A DNA stretch of 64,000 nucleotides from Octopus bimaculoides (lineage: Eukaryota). The stretch is taken from positions 135,688,764 through 135,752,763 of the forward strand of contig NC_068984.1 of the NCBI RefSeq assembly GCF_001194135.2, written 5' to 3'. The translations under genes were made by a program, and so were the position numbers. The notes below the pieces were generated by a model. It worked only from the letters and a program-made list of their open reading frames with translations. It was not told the origin of the DNA and searched no databases. The stretch's first letter is position 1; every line of letters starts with the position of its first letter. Below are positions 1-11,085 of this stretch, piece after piece.

Positions 1-391
1 TATATATATTGTATATGTATATATATATGTATGTATGTATAGACTTGCATGTAGCTATATATATTTGCATATAGCTATAGGCATGCATGTGTATGCATGA
101 ATGTCTGTATGTATATATGTGTAAGCATGATCAAATATTTAAGGAGCTTCTTTCAACAAAACGTAGTTGTGGGTTCGCTTCCACTTAGTACCATCTTTTG
201 CAAGTGACTCAATATCAAGAATATCTGCAGTTGTAACGTACAGCCATGTTCCGTGGTTTCCACATGGAGATTAGTGTAATTTTACCAGTGTCTCTGGAAT
301 ACTCAGCCATTGACAAACGAATTCAGTGATGACATTGATCGAACATCTGATTTTCACCGTCAATAACGACACAGATAAATTTATACTTGTA

Positions 392-772
392 TATCTATTA
401 CTTGTTTCGGTCATTAGACTGCGGCTGTCCTGGGGCACTGTCTTCAGAAATTTTTATCCGAATGAACGGACCCCAGTATATGTGTTTCAGTTTGGTATTT
501 ATTGTATCTATCACTTTGCCGACTCACTAATTCACGAGTACGTCAACACCCCAACATACACACTCATATATATATATATATATANNNNNNNNNNNNNNNN
601 NNNNNNNNATATATATAACGAGTTTTCAGTCTCTGTCTACTAGGTCCACTCACAGGGCTTTGGTTTGCCCGAAACTATAATAGAAGATACTTGACGAAGT
701 TATCATGCTGTGGGACTGAACCCGGAACCACGTAGTTGGGAAGCAAATTCCTTACCACACAACCACGCTTGT
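392..772 (-). mobile_element. tRNA-derived SINE family A, near full length, internal (TA)n and gap
   Basis: Reverse complement matches the head at 50523/33903 (gtggttgtgtggtaag...ggttccgggttcagtccc) and the tail at 56900-57103 (gcggccatgctggagc, gactgaaacaag). Confidence 0.85.
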
Positions 773-1500
773 AGCTATTTTTACTTTGTACCTTTTGGTA
801 TTTGCACTTTTTTCGCTTGATGCCATTTTTCATTAGAGTAATTTGCACAAATATACAATTCTGAGGAAATTGTCTGTAATCCAACAAGAAATAAATATAT
901 GTTACCGTGTTTCCAGCTTAGAATACAAATTCTTAATGGGAGACAATTTTGCTTGGCAACGAAGCTCTGTGTTCAACGTTAGTGTCTTCATTTACTTTAT
1001 ATTACTTTAATGCATGTAAAATGTATTGCTCAAGGGTTCTATGTATTTGATTTTAAGATTTTCTAAAATTTTAACTTGATTTTGCGACTCGAATGACTTG
1101 CTGTCTCATAAATTCCCGGAAGCTATGAGGTTGAACGAGTTTATGCTTCAGAATTCACTAATAGAGGAACATCTTTGACTTATATTACTTTACATAGAGG
1201 CAATGCAAGAATAATTCTTCTCTCCTGCTTACATAGAACCACTTTAGAGTCAATTTCTGTTACTTTGTCCGACATATTTGACAGTAGCTATCGTGTCAGT
1301 TATAACGCATCGCCATTTTATTTTGGAGATGTTTGCAACTTTGTGGTGCAGGGCCCAAATTTATTGTCAGAAGGAATGCTGCATTACACATGTTTAGAGA
1401 AATAAGAATCAAGTGTGCTGTAAGAATGTGAACTTGAGTTTTATTTTCGCTTAAATCAATATGCAAATTGATTCTATAATTTGCTGATTCTATATTCTGA

Positions 1501-1731
1501 TTTGTTTATTGCCCACAAGGGGCTAAACATAGAGGGGACAAACAAGGACAGACAAAGGGCTTAAGTCGATTACATCAACCCCAGTGCGTAACTGGTACTC
1601 AATTTATCGAACCCGAAAGGATGAAAGGCAAAGTCGATCTCGGCGGAATTTGAACTCAGAACGTAGCGGCAGACGAAATACCCCTAAGCATTTCGCCCGG
1701 CATGCTAACGTTTCTGCCAGCTCGCCGCCTT
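1501..1731 (-). mobile_element. SINE family B, full length, tail type 1
   Basis: Head ggcggcgagctggcagaaacgttagc, B-box-like gagttcaaattcc, central ggtcgataaa..gtaccag..ggggtcgatgtaatcgact. 17-bp direct repeat gctgattctatattctg at 1483-1499 and 1741-1757 (probable TSD). Confidence 0.92.
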
Positions 1732-1946
1732 TACTATATCGCTGATTCTATATTCTGTTTTCTATTTCTATTATCAGTTATATTCTATTCCAAGTGCTTT
1801 TGGATCATATCTTTTGTCTGCTGTTAATATGTTATAAAATAATAAATCATGTTCTACACACAAAATAAAACTAAAAACTTAGCAAAATATTTGACAAGCG
1901 TTTCTTGGAAATTTACCATTTTTAAGTTTAGGTCTTATCCACTTAC

Positions 1947-2051
1947 CTCCAGTAATTAAAAATTTCGACAAATAGATTTCAATACAAAAAAAATAAAGCT
2001 GCTGAAATTTCTTCCCGATAAAATCGACACCAAGGCAGCGCCAAGTTATGG
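1947..2051 (-). CDS. Candidate internal exon (phase 1-1): xITWRCLGVDFIGKKFQQLYFFCIEIYLSKFLITG
   Basis: Acceptor ttaattgtag, donor gag|gtaagt, one open frame; homology not established. Confidence 0.25.
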
Positions 2052-2899
2052 CTACAATTAATTTAAAGGAAGTAGTAAAAGAATAAATGAACAAAGCATG
2101 CACGCAAGCATATATAGAGGCAAAACCTGTGCAAAACACACACACACACACAAATACTCACATACAGACACGTACACACAGGAAGACAGACAGACACTTC
2201 CAGGCATACACGCACGACTTCTTACATACATGCATACATCATTTTTTAGCACGAGGCAATAGTACGGAGAAATTTTTAACTGTTAAAGTTCGTCATGCGT
2301 AGGCGCCGAGTACTTGCGGAAATAGAATGAATATAGCCGATTCGTTTAGTAGTTAGGCGAGTTCTTCTTAATATCCATGGCAGCAAGAATCAGCGTTTTG
2401 TTAATATATAAATGAAATAGTCGAAATTAGAATTTTAATAAAAGCAATGATTTCGATGAAATCTTATTTCTGGTGATGTTAATTAACAGTCTAAATTCTC
2501 ATTAGTTTCTCATAAAATTTTGGAAAACATAATTCAATATCATACAGAAAATAACCATGTGGTGAAAGGAGAGGAATACAATTAGAAATGAATCGAGACA
2601 TCTGAAGTCTGATTAAGAATGGATTGCAAAGAATAAGTGAGAATACACAACTAATGTTATTCCTGAAAAGTGTATTGGTGTATATATAAAGAGACAATTT
2701 TTATATGTTATGTGTTGGATGTTAGGTTTCTTGTCTTGTCTCCATTAGAGGATCGAATATTATGGGTGCCAAAAACTATAAGCGCTTAAGCAAGCAGAAC
2801 AATTTCGATTTTCGGAACTAAGCAATAGATTAAAATAGGTTCTCGGTTCTAAGCAAATAAAAGTTACATTGCCCCTACATATATGCATATGAAGGTGTG

Positions 2900-3000
2900 T
2901 GCGTGTAGGGGGGGGGGCGTGCTCGGGCGCGTGTGTGAATTTAGAGGGATATATTATGCGAGCAAATACCGTGGTAGCAGCTGTCAGTTACGTTCCAGGT
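2900..3000 (+). promoter_or_regulatory. Promoter-like CpG-rich patch
   Basis: GGGGGCGTG Sp/KLF-like box, TATATTAT at 2950-2957, TCAGTT Inr-like at 2984-2989; CpG higher than flanks by eye. Confidence 0.3.
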
Positions 3001-3103
3001 TACGTCTAATCACATCGGTTAGTATTTAATGTCTATGACTATAAGGAGCTGTCACTCATGCGTTAGATTCCGCCGATGGAGTATTCCGTGTTCGCTTCAC
3101 CGG

Positions 3104-3191
3104 ATGGCAAAATCATCTGGGCAGAAAATTTTTGCCTGGTTGTGTATGCAACTGCACATATTCTGTGCAGTGGAAACATGTGTTGGTCGTC
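3104..3191 (+). CDS. Candidate first coding exon, signal-peptide-like: MAKSSGQKIFAWLCMQLHIFCAVETCVGR
   Basis: ATG downstream of the promoter-like patch, ends at c|gtaagc (phase 1); all three frames are open locally, so the frame is uncertain. Confidence 0.25.
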
Positions 3192-3343
3192 GTAAGCATA
3201 AATATATGCTGTTTGACATTGGAAAGTGAAAGGAAATAAATTTTTAGTATGTACCAGTCTTCATATTATCTATCGTTATAATTATTGCACACACATACAC
3301 ACACACACACAACACGCACACACACACACACACGCCCCCCCCC

Positions 3344-3375
<32 letters not shown>

Positions 3376-4290
3376 AACGATGAAATGAGTTCTCAAAACC
3401 GCATTGGTGGATATATAATTTTTTTTAGTTATGAATTAAGACGACCATTGGTTTCATGTTAATAAAAGTTTTCNNNNNNNNNNNNNNNNNNNNNNNNNNN
3501 NNNNNNNNNNNNNNNNNNNNNNNNNNNNNNNNNNNNNNNNNNNNNNNNNNNNNNNNNNNNNNNNNNNNNNNNNNNNNNNNNNNNNNNNNNNNNNNNNNNN
3601 NNNNNNNNNNNNNNNNNNNNNNNNNNNNNNNNNNNNNNNNNNNNNNNNNNNNNNNNNNNNNNNNNNNNNNNNNNNNNNNNNNNNNNNNNNNNNNNNNNNN
3701 NNNNNNNNNNNNNNNNNNNNNNNNNNNNNNNNNNNNNNNNNNNNNNNNNNNNNNNNNNNNNNNNNNNNNNNNNNNNNNNNNNNNNNNNNNNNNNNNNNNN
3801 NNNNNNNNNNNNNNNNNNNNNNNNNNNNNNNNNNNNNNNNNNNNNNNNNNNNNNNNNNNNNNNNNNNNNNNNNNNNNNNNNNNNNNNNNNNNNNNNNNNN
3901 NNNNNNNNNNNNNNNNNNNNNNNNNNNNNNNNNNNNNNNNNNNNNNNNNNNNNNNNNNNNNNNNNNNNNNNNNNNNNNNNNNNNNNNNNNNNNNNNNNNN
4001 NNNNNNNNNNNNNNNNNNNNNNNNNNNNNNNNNNNNNNNNNNNNNNNNNNNNNNNNNNNNNNNNNNNNNNNNNNNNNNNNNNNNNNNNNNNNNNNNNNNN
4101 NNNNNNNNNNNNNNNNNNNNNNNNNNNNNNNNNNNNNNNNNNNNNNNNNNNNNNNNNNNNNNNNNNNNNNNNNNNNNNNNNNNNNNNNNNNNNNNNNNNN
4201 NNNNNNNNNNNNNNNNNNNNNNNNNNNNNNNNNNNNNNNNNNNNNNNNNNNNNNNNNNNNNNNNNNNNNNNNNNNNNNNNNNNNNNNNNN

Positions 4291-4367
<77 letters not shown>
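4291..4367. repeat. (TG)n microsatellite at gap edge
   Basis: Direct. Confidence 0.98.
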
Positions 4368-4368
<1 letters not shown>

Positions 4369-5371
4369 TGTAAGATTTGAGGTTATTTAAAGCTGAATAG
4401 TGTTCTCTCATGACCAGAATTAAATGTTTTATAGGAGTTTATCCTCGTGGTAAATATAATATGACAACTTGTATAGAAGATTGGTTTGACGAGCGGTAGC
4501 AGGAAGCTCTAGTACTTCAGTAAATATTCATTGCTGTAGCTCAGCTTCATAAAATAAATATCTAAATTCTACTTAATCTTTCGAGTAATTTTTTCTCCCC
4601 TTTGTCTACTCCAATCTAGTTCTAGTTTACATAAGCAGACACACACATACATACACATACGTAAGCACACATATACAAATACATATATACAAACACACAC
4701 ATTCTTATCTACATTTACGTGTATGTTGGTGTACATGTTTATCATTTTGGCTAGTATAATTTAGAAAAGTATTTCAGAAGTACTTTGGAACAAACATGTG
4801 AGGTATTTGTGGAATTGTAACTAATTTACAAGGACAGAAATTCAAAAATAAAAAAGAAAACAATCAAGCTATTACTTTTAATGTACAATATCAATAACGA
4901 TAGTTAATGTCATCAAAAAATTTTCGTGGCCATCTTCTTCGTGACATGGCATTAAATTAGTGGATATTGTTGTGATGACATACTCTTCGTGTATGATTCT
5001 ACTCAAAACTATATTCTGATATGCATCAACTTCATTTTCTGTTTTCAAATTTTCGAGATTCTTTTTTAATTTTTGTACAGATTAAGTACCAGCATGTGTT
5101 AACGATTGAAAAATCTACTTAGAATTGTCATCCTCATCCATAGCATCTATCATCGCAAGTATGATTTGAATACATTACATAGACACATTAGCTCTTTACT
5201 TAGAGAAAGCAGTATTGTTAGACTAGTTATTTTCCTATTTCTATCATTATTCATACAGCATTTGAATAGCCGAAGTTATCTTCAATTATAGTTTTCTATA
5301 TGAATTGTTAGAAGAGTTGAATTACTTGACTGATTTTTCCACAATCGAATTCGTAAGATTGGTTTCAAATT

Positions 5372-5525
5372 TTTTTGGCACAAGACCAGCAATTTCGCAG
5401 GGGAAGGTAAGTCGATTACATCGACGCCAGTGTCCGACTGGTATTTATTTTATCAACCCCGAAAGGAGAAAAAGCAATGTCCACCTTGGAAGAGTTTGAA
5501 CTGAGAACGTAAAGAGGGACGAATT
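5372..5525 (-). mobile_element. SINE B fragment, tail type 2
   Basis: gtcgattacatcgac..ctggta..tttatcaaccccgaaagg..tttgaactgagaacgta. Confidence 0.8.
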
Positions 5526-6265
5526 ATTAATATTATCAATGTGATAAAAATTCTTCTAGAATACTGAGACATCTCACAACATTTTACGTATAAGAGTTAG
5601 TTTTGTCTCCCTATTTGCTGAGTCCAATGAGTGTGTAATTTGAGAAACAGACAGTTGTGTTAGAGATGAGAGATTTCAAATAATCAGAAGAAAAGTAACA
5701 GAAACATTCTGTCCGTTTACCATTCGTTTACTATCCGTTTACTCACCGTTTACTATCATGTCACAAATTATTGTAAGTTTATATAAATAAAGGTAGCGAA
5801 GAACACAGTGTAGACGAAATATCAGTTTTAGCGACAACGCTTAGAAGAACGTGTATATTCCTTTTGAGAGCAAGTTCTTTTTTCCAATAATAAATGCACG
5901 CAGTCATTCTATTTAACTTTACTTCTCAGTTGGTTAACCCTTTAGCTAATCAACTAATCGATTATTTGATTAATCATACGGTCAGTCAATGAGCTAGGTT
6001 TCTCAAAATCCTTTTATTGCTAATCACGATCTCATCAATGGCGTGCTTCTCTAATCCAAGTCTGATTCAAGTCGGCCACTCAACTTCATCTCAGAATTAG
6101 GTCTGTATTTCCTTATTCATAAACCAATAATTAAAAATCACGATTGAAAGCAAACATCAGTCAATACCGGAGATTCTAACAAACAGATAAAATGCGTTAC
6201 CTACTAGAATACACAAATGGGACATAACTATCATACTCTAGTCAACAGAATTTTGATATTTTAAG

Positions 6266-6327
6266 AATATAACCAATATAGGATTAAGGGGCTAATGAAA
6301 AATGAGAATCTCATCCTTGTTCCGGAA
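6266..6327 (+). CDS. Candidate exon (phase 1-0): xYNQYRIKGLMKNENLILVPE
   Basis: Acceptor ttttgatattttaag, donor gaa|gtaagt; phase-compatible with 3104-3191. Confidence 0.22.
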
Positions 6328-6741
6328 GTAAGTTTTCGCTTTGGATTACCATCATTATCGTAGCGGTTTCGTCTCACAGGTTTAATAAATTGAAGTTTAC
6401 TACTATATTCATGATCAACGGTCATTGACGTAAAAAAAAAAAACAGGCTTAGAGCGAACAAGTCAAACGGTAACTGTTATGATTCCTAATTTGTTAAAAT
6501 TGATCTTTAGACAGGAAGAAAAATGTAAACTTTAGTAGTGCTATAAACTCCGAATTAGAGTTAGGGGATTTCAACAAATTGAACATAATGTTAAGATTAA
6601 CAAAGAAAGTCTGATCTTTGTTTCGGAAGTGATGGATAGTTGTGAAGACTCTGTTGTAGCTTAGATTTGACCTAGCGAACGCAGCAGTACATTTCTTGTT
6701 TCGGACTCAGTTGTAGACATGGTAATATAAACAGAAGTTTT

Positions 6742-6880
6742 AAGGTGGCGAGCTGGCAAAATCGTTAGCTCACTGGGCAAAATGCTTCGCGGTATTTCGT
6801 CCATTTTTACGTTCTGATTTCAAATGCTTCCGAGGTTGACTTTGCTTTTCATCTTTTCGAGATTGATAAAATAAATACCA
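6742..6880 (+). mobile_element. SINE B head and body, 3' truncated
   Basis: aaggtggcgagctggcaaaatcgttagc...gaggttgactttgcttttcatc. Confidence 0.85.
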
Positions 6881-8223
6881 ACAGACCCCTAGCGTCCTAT
6901 TCACATAATTGCTGGCCCTGTGCGAAAATTTGAAACCAGTATTCACAGAGAATAATTCAGTCATTAAGATAAAATATTATTAAAATACGAACTTAGCATT
7001 TACGACATTCTCGATAACACTTCTATTTGTATTCTATATTCTTTATATATTATTTCACGCAAATTCATATTCTGAAATACAATAAGGACAATATAATTAA
7101 ATGTTTTTTTCAATATTTCCCATTTCACATCAGTTCTAATGAAAAAAAAAGTATATTCTATTTTCGTTCCCCTAATATTTTCTGTCTATCGTGGTGACTA
7201 TTATTTACGCATCATATAGACACCGCAGCTGTTTCATTATGAGGCGATTAGCTTTTAGATTTCTTCTTATTTTTCTCTTTATTTCTGCGGCGTTTTCTAC
7301 ACCGAAATATGTCTCTATTTTTAGCTTTCCATATACATTGTTTGTAGAAATGAATTACATGCCTGATTCAGCAAGAATAGAGTGAGAAAGACTCTCCATG
7401 TGACTCAGAATCCATTAATAGCAAAGAGGGACTTTCCTGATGTTTGATTTTTAATATTTGGATTAATCTTCTCGCCTTCCTAATTCAAGCAATGTGTACG
7501 CAGCAACGTCTATTGCCCAGGGTCATACAACATGTCACTTGTCACAACCTAACTTTGAAGATTAAACAGCCACAGACATAAATAAATATTAGTCAACAAT
7601 GATTAAAAAAGAAACAGCATTGGACGCTGTGTATTACCATTCAATTGTTCTTATATGTATAGCATAATCCCTCTTACTCCACGGATATTTTTAGACAATT
7701 TCAAGATTTCAAATTGTTATGTAGTATACTCTTGGACCTGGACCTATTCGTGGCAGAGATAAAACTAAAATAATCTGTGAGAAAATAACTCAAACAAAGC
7801 TGCTAGGAATTCAAATAGCAAAGAGATTACTGGTTAATGGCTATTATGCTCAATTATTCTTTCAGTTTGTAAACATTTTTCATCAGATAGTGTCGGAAGT
7901 CAAACTTCTTGACAACAGTTAGCAGTTTCGAATGAAAAAGGGAAATAATTTCAATGAATTAAAAGTAATTTCACACGTCTAATATAAAAGTAAGTTTCGT
8001 TTATGTTATGAGTAATAGAAATTGCTTTTTACTTCCAAATTAGTGGTAGATATTTTAGTACAAATGACAATAATTCGGCCCATAAAAGAATTGTCGATCA
8101 ATTAAAAATATTTTATTCCGATTTCGTGATACTGATCCATGATTTATCACGTGCGCAAGACGATCTCAGAAATTTTATTGTATAGTTTTATTTCTAACTG
8201 AAGCATGATCATATCAACATTAC

Positions 8224-8277
8224 CAGCTGTTGAGTGACGGAAGGTTCCAGGTTATTCAACAATTTCTTCATGTTTAC
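8224..8277 (-). CDS. Candidate exon (phase 0-0): VNMKKLLNNLEPSVTQQL
   Basis: Acceptor ctaatgttacag, donor ctg|gtaatg. Confidence 0.2.
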
Positions 8278-8300
8278 CTGTAACATTAGAATGTTAAAAA

Positions 8301-8460
8301 GGAGGCAACTGGCAGAATCGTTGGCACGCCGGGCTAAGTGGTTATCGACATTTCTTCTGTCTTTATGGTCTGAGTTCAAACTTCCGGCGGGGTCGATAAA
8401 GTAAGTACCAGCTGAGTATTGAGGTAGATGTAATCGACTCATCCCCCACCTCAGACATGC
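8301..8460 (+). mobile_element. SINE B, internally deleted
   Basis: ggaggcaactggcagaatcgttggcacgccggg...ggggtcgataaagtaagtaccag...gatgtaatcgact. Confidence 0.82.
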
Positions 8461-9844
8461 TGGGGAGGGAATGAATTCGAAACCGACATTTCTAATATCA
8501 ATGAAATTAATTGGTTATACATGATTTAAACCAGCACTGAGTTGCACTAATGTAAAATACTAGGATCATTTCAGGAGATTTAGTACATAAGCTTCATTGT
8601 GTAAATGATAAAAGAAGACTGAAACCTGTGTAAATAAAAGCCAGATAAATTTATATTAAAAGCAATAAATATGTAATGATAAAATATTACACTAAAATGT
8701 GTTGACAGTAAGTAAAAGAATTTAAATGAAAGAAAGGAAGAAAAAGTAATTAGGAGATGCAACACTTTTAGGATAATAAATCATCTGAAACGTTTGATAA
8801 TAAGCAATAGATATGAAAATTAATAATTCTTCTTCAACAACAAAAATACAATCTTGTATTTATGTTAGTTATTTAAAATTATACATGGCTTTCGATATAC
8901 GAAATAACTTGAAACTAGGCATGCGTAGCATATACGCATACTAGTTCTCGACCAGTTACATGGTATGAAAAACGTCTTATCTTCCTTCTTTTACTTTAAA
9001 TTTGTATTGCTTTTTTCTTTTTTTCTTTTTATTCATTAACTCTTACGGTATACAACAGTATGGCAAGTCCAAGAATCGTTATCTTACACGCCAAGGGCAT
9101 TATACGAAATTATATGTTCCGAGAATGCTGCATAGATATTTATATTTCATTAACGCAGTTGCACGTGTGGCCACAAACACCGCAAAGAAATATCTGTTGT
9201 CTGTTTGTCGAGCAAAGAATCAGTTTAGGTTAGGAAAACCTGAGCCGAAAAAAGGACCTACTCATCGGAGTTTATGGTACTGTGATCTAGGGTGACTCGA
9301 ATCCGACTCTCAAAGTATTTGAAATAGCATAGAGTCCAAAACAAGGTAATATCGTCAAAGATTGCAAATGCACCCGTACGCAGTTATAAGGGTACGTCAT
9401 TTACGTTCAGTTATTTACAATTACGAATTTACATTCATACGCAAATTTCCAAATGCTCGTTAGCGAATCGTGGGTGATTTTTCCTAGCTTGTTTTGTTTC
9501 TTATCCCAGCAGGTATCCAAAATTTTCCATACTGAATCAATAATCTCAGCTTTCTCAAATGATACAAGCTTAATATCAGCACCTACAATCCACTCTTCAA
9601 CTCAGATATACGCGCACACTTAGCTACATATTTTTCTCCTGCAAGAAATATTTTAAAACCCAACATCGGTGTTACATTAAACGAAGTTGTATAAAAATTC
9701 AAACCTTCAAGGGGATTAGAGTTATCATTAATTTAGCGTCTGTGGTTCCTTGCATTGAGAAGATGTGTGTGTCTATTAGATCTTGTGATAATTTTCTGTA
9801 TGTAATGTCACTTCAAGTTGATTATTTGAATTTCACTTTTTTAC

Positions 9845-9982
9845 TTCCTCGAACGCTCTGGAGCTTTTCCCACGGAGACCGCCATCGAAATGTCTTTCAA
9901 CAAATCTAGCAAGTAACGACTGCCCCATCAGATTCATTATATCACCTATTACTTCTTTTAGATTGTCATCTGCGATATTGCT
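9845..9982 (-). CDS. Candidate exon (phase 0-0): SNIADDNLKEVIGDIMNLMGQSLLARFVERHFDGGLRGKSSRAFEE
   Basis: 46 open codons, GC above flanks, acceptor ttatcatttgccacag, weaker donor gaa|gtaaaa. Confidence 0.3.
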
Positions 9983-10885
9983 CTGTGGCAAATGATAATT
10001 TTTTACGCATCATCATCCTACATAGTCTTTAGTACTGGAAATTATTTCCATGTTTTCTATATACACACCGCCAATTAAGTGGGAAGATCAGGTAATCCAC
10101 TTCTCTCAAACGTTTCCAAGCGAAAAGGCATCCATTGACACATATATTTCGAAAAAAAATCATTATGTTCACTCACACATATCAACACAACCGTACACAC
10201 ACTCAAAAGCACACACATATGTATACAACAAGCTCACACAAATGTTTCTTTCAGAAGGCGTTGGTGAAGTCGAGTATATTGTAGACATTTATTGAAAGAC
10301 TCTTTCCAAAGTCTCCCGAAGTAGTACCGATCTCTACACGCTATGACTGTGAAGCGAACGTCTCAGCCGCCCACACATGTCTGACTCTGTGTGTACTTGT
10401 ATAACCGCAAAAGCATACATGCATATATATAGTTGTATATGCATATGTGTATCTACGGAGGTATATATTTATGATATATTGCATTACATTATATTCAACA
10501 TATACCGAAGCATTAATTTTTTAATTAAATCTTAAAATCTGTTTCTTAAAAACTTCATAACAACAACGACACTACTGGTTTTACGACAAATGCTGACAGA
10601 AAATATTATATAGAAACAGTTGATGTTGTATTTGGATATATTTTATGCCTTCAATAAAAATTCGTTTTATATATAACTAGAGATTTAGTTAGTTATTAAG
10701 TAAGTATGGTATGTCTGTTCTGAAACGGGAGAATTAAAAACAGAAATAGTCATTTATTTTTTTCCTGACAATCTTTATTGGAAACTTTTATTGCAAAAAG
10801 TATATATATTTAAAAAAAAAACAAAAAGACAATAAAATAAGTTTTTATTTTCAAAGAAAATAGTATTAGCAACAGCCAGAACAAC

Positions 10886-10888
10886 AGC

Positions 10889-10926
<38 letters not shown>

Positions 10927-11006
10927 TGCTGCTGCTGCTGATGATGATCATGATGATGACAACAACAACAGCAACAACAACAACAACAAAAACAATAATG
11001 ATTATG

Positions 11007-11045
<39 letters not shown>

Positions 11046-11085
11046 TTAATAATAACAACAATAATAATAATGATAATAATAATGA
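10886..11085. repeat. Compound (AAT)/(GCT)/(GAT)/(CAA) microsatellite
   Basis: Direct. Confidence 0.97.

Noticed and set aside
8913-8946. Hairpin ending in CTAG as a Helitron 3' end (also 26280-26315)
   Set aside because: Spacing and stem do not fit; no 5' TC end or second copy
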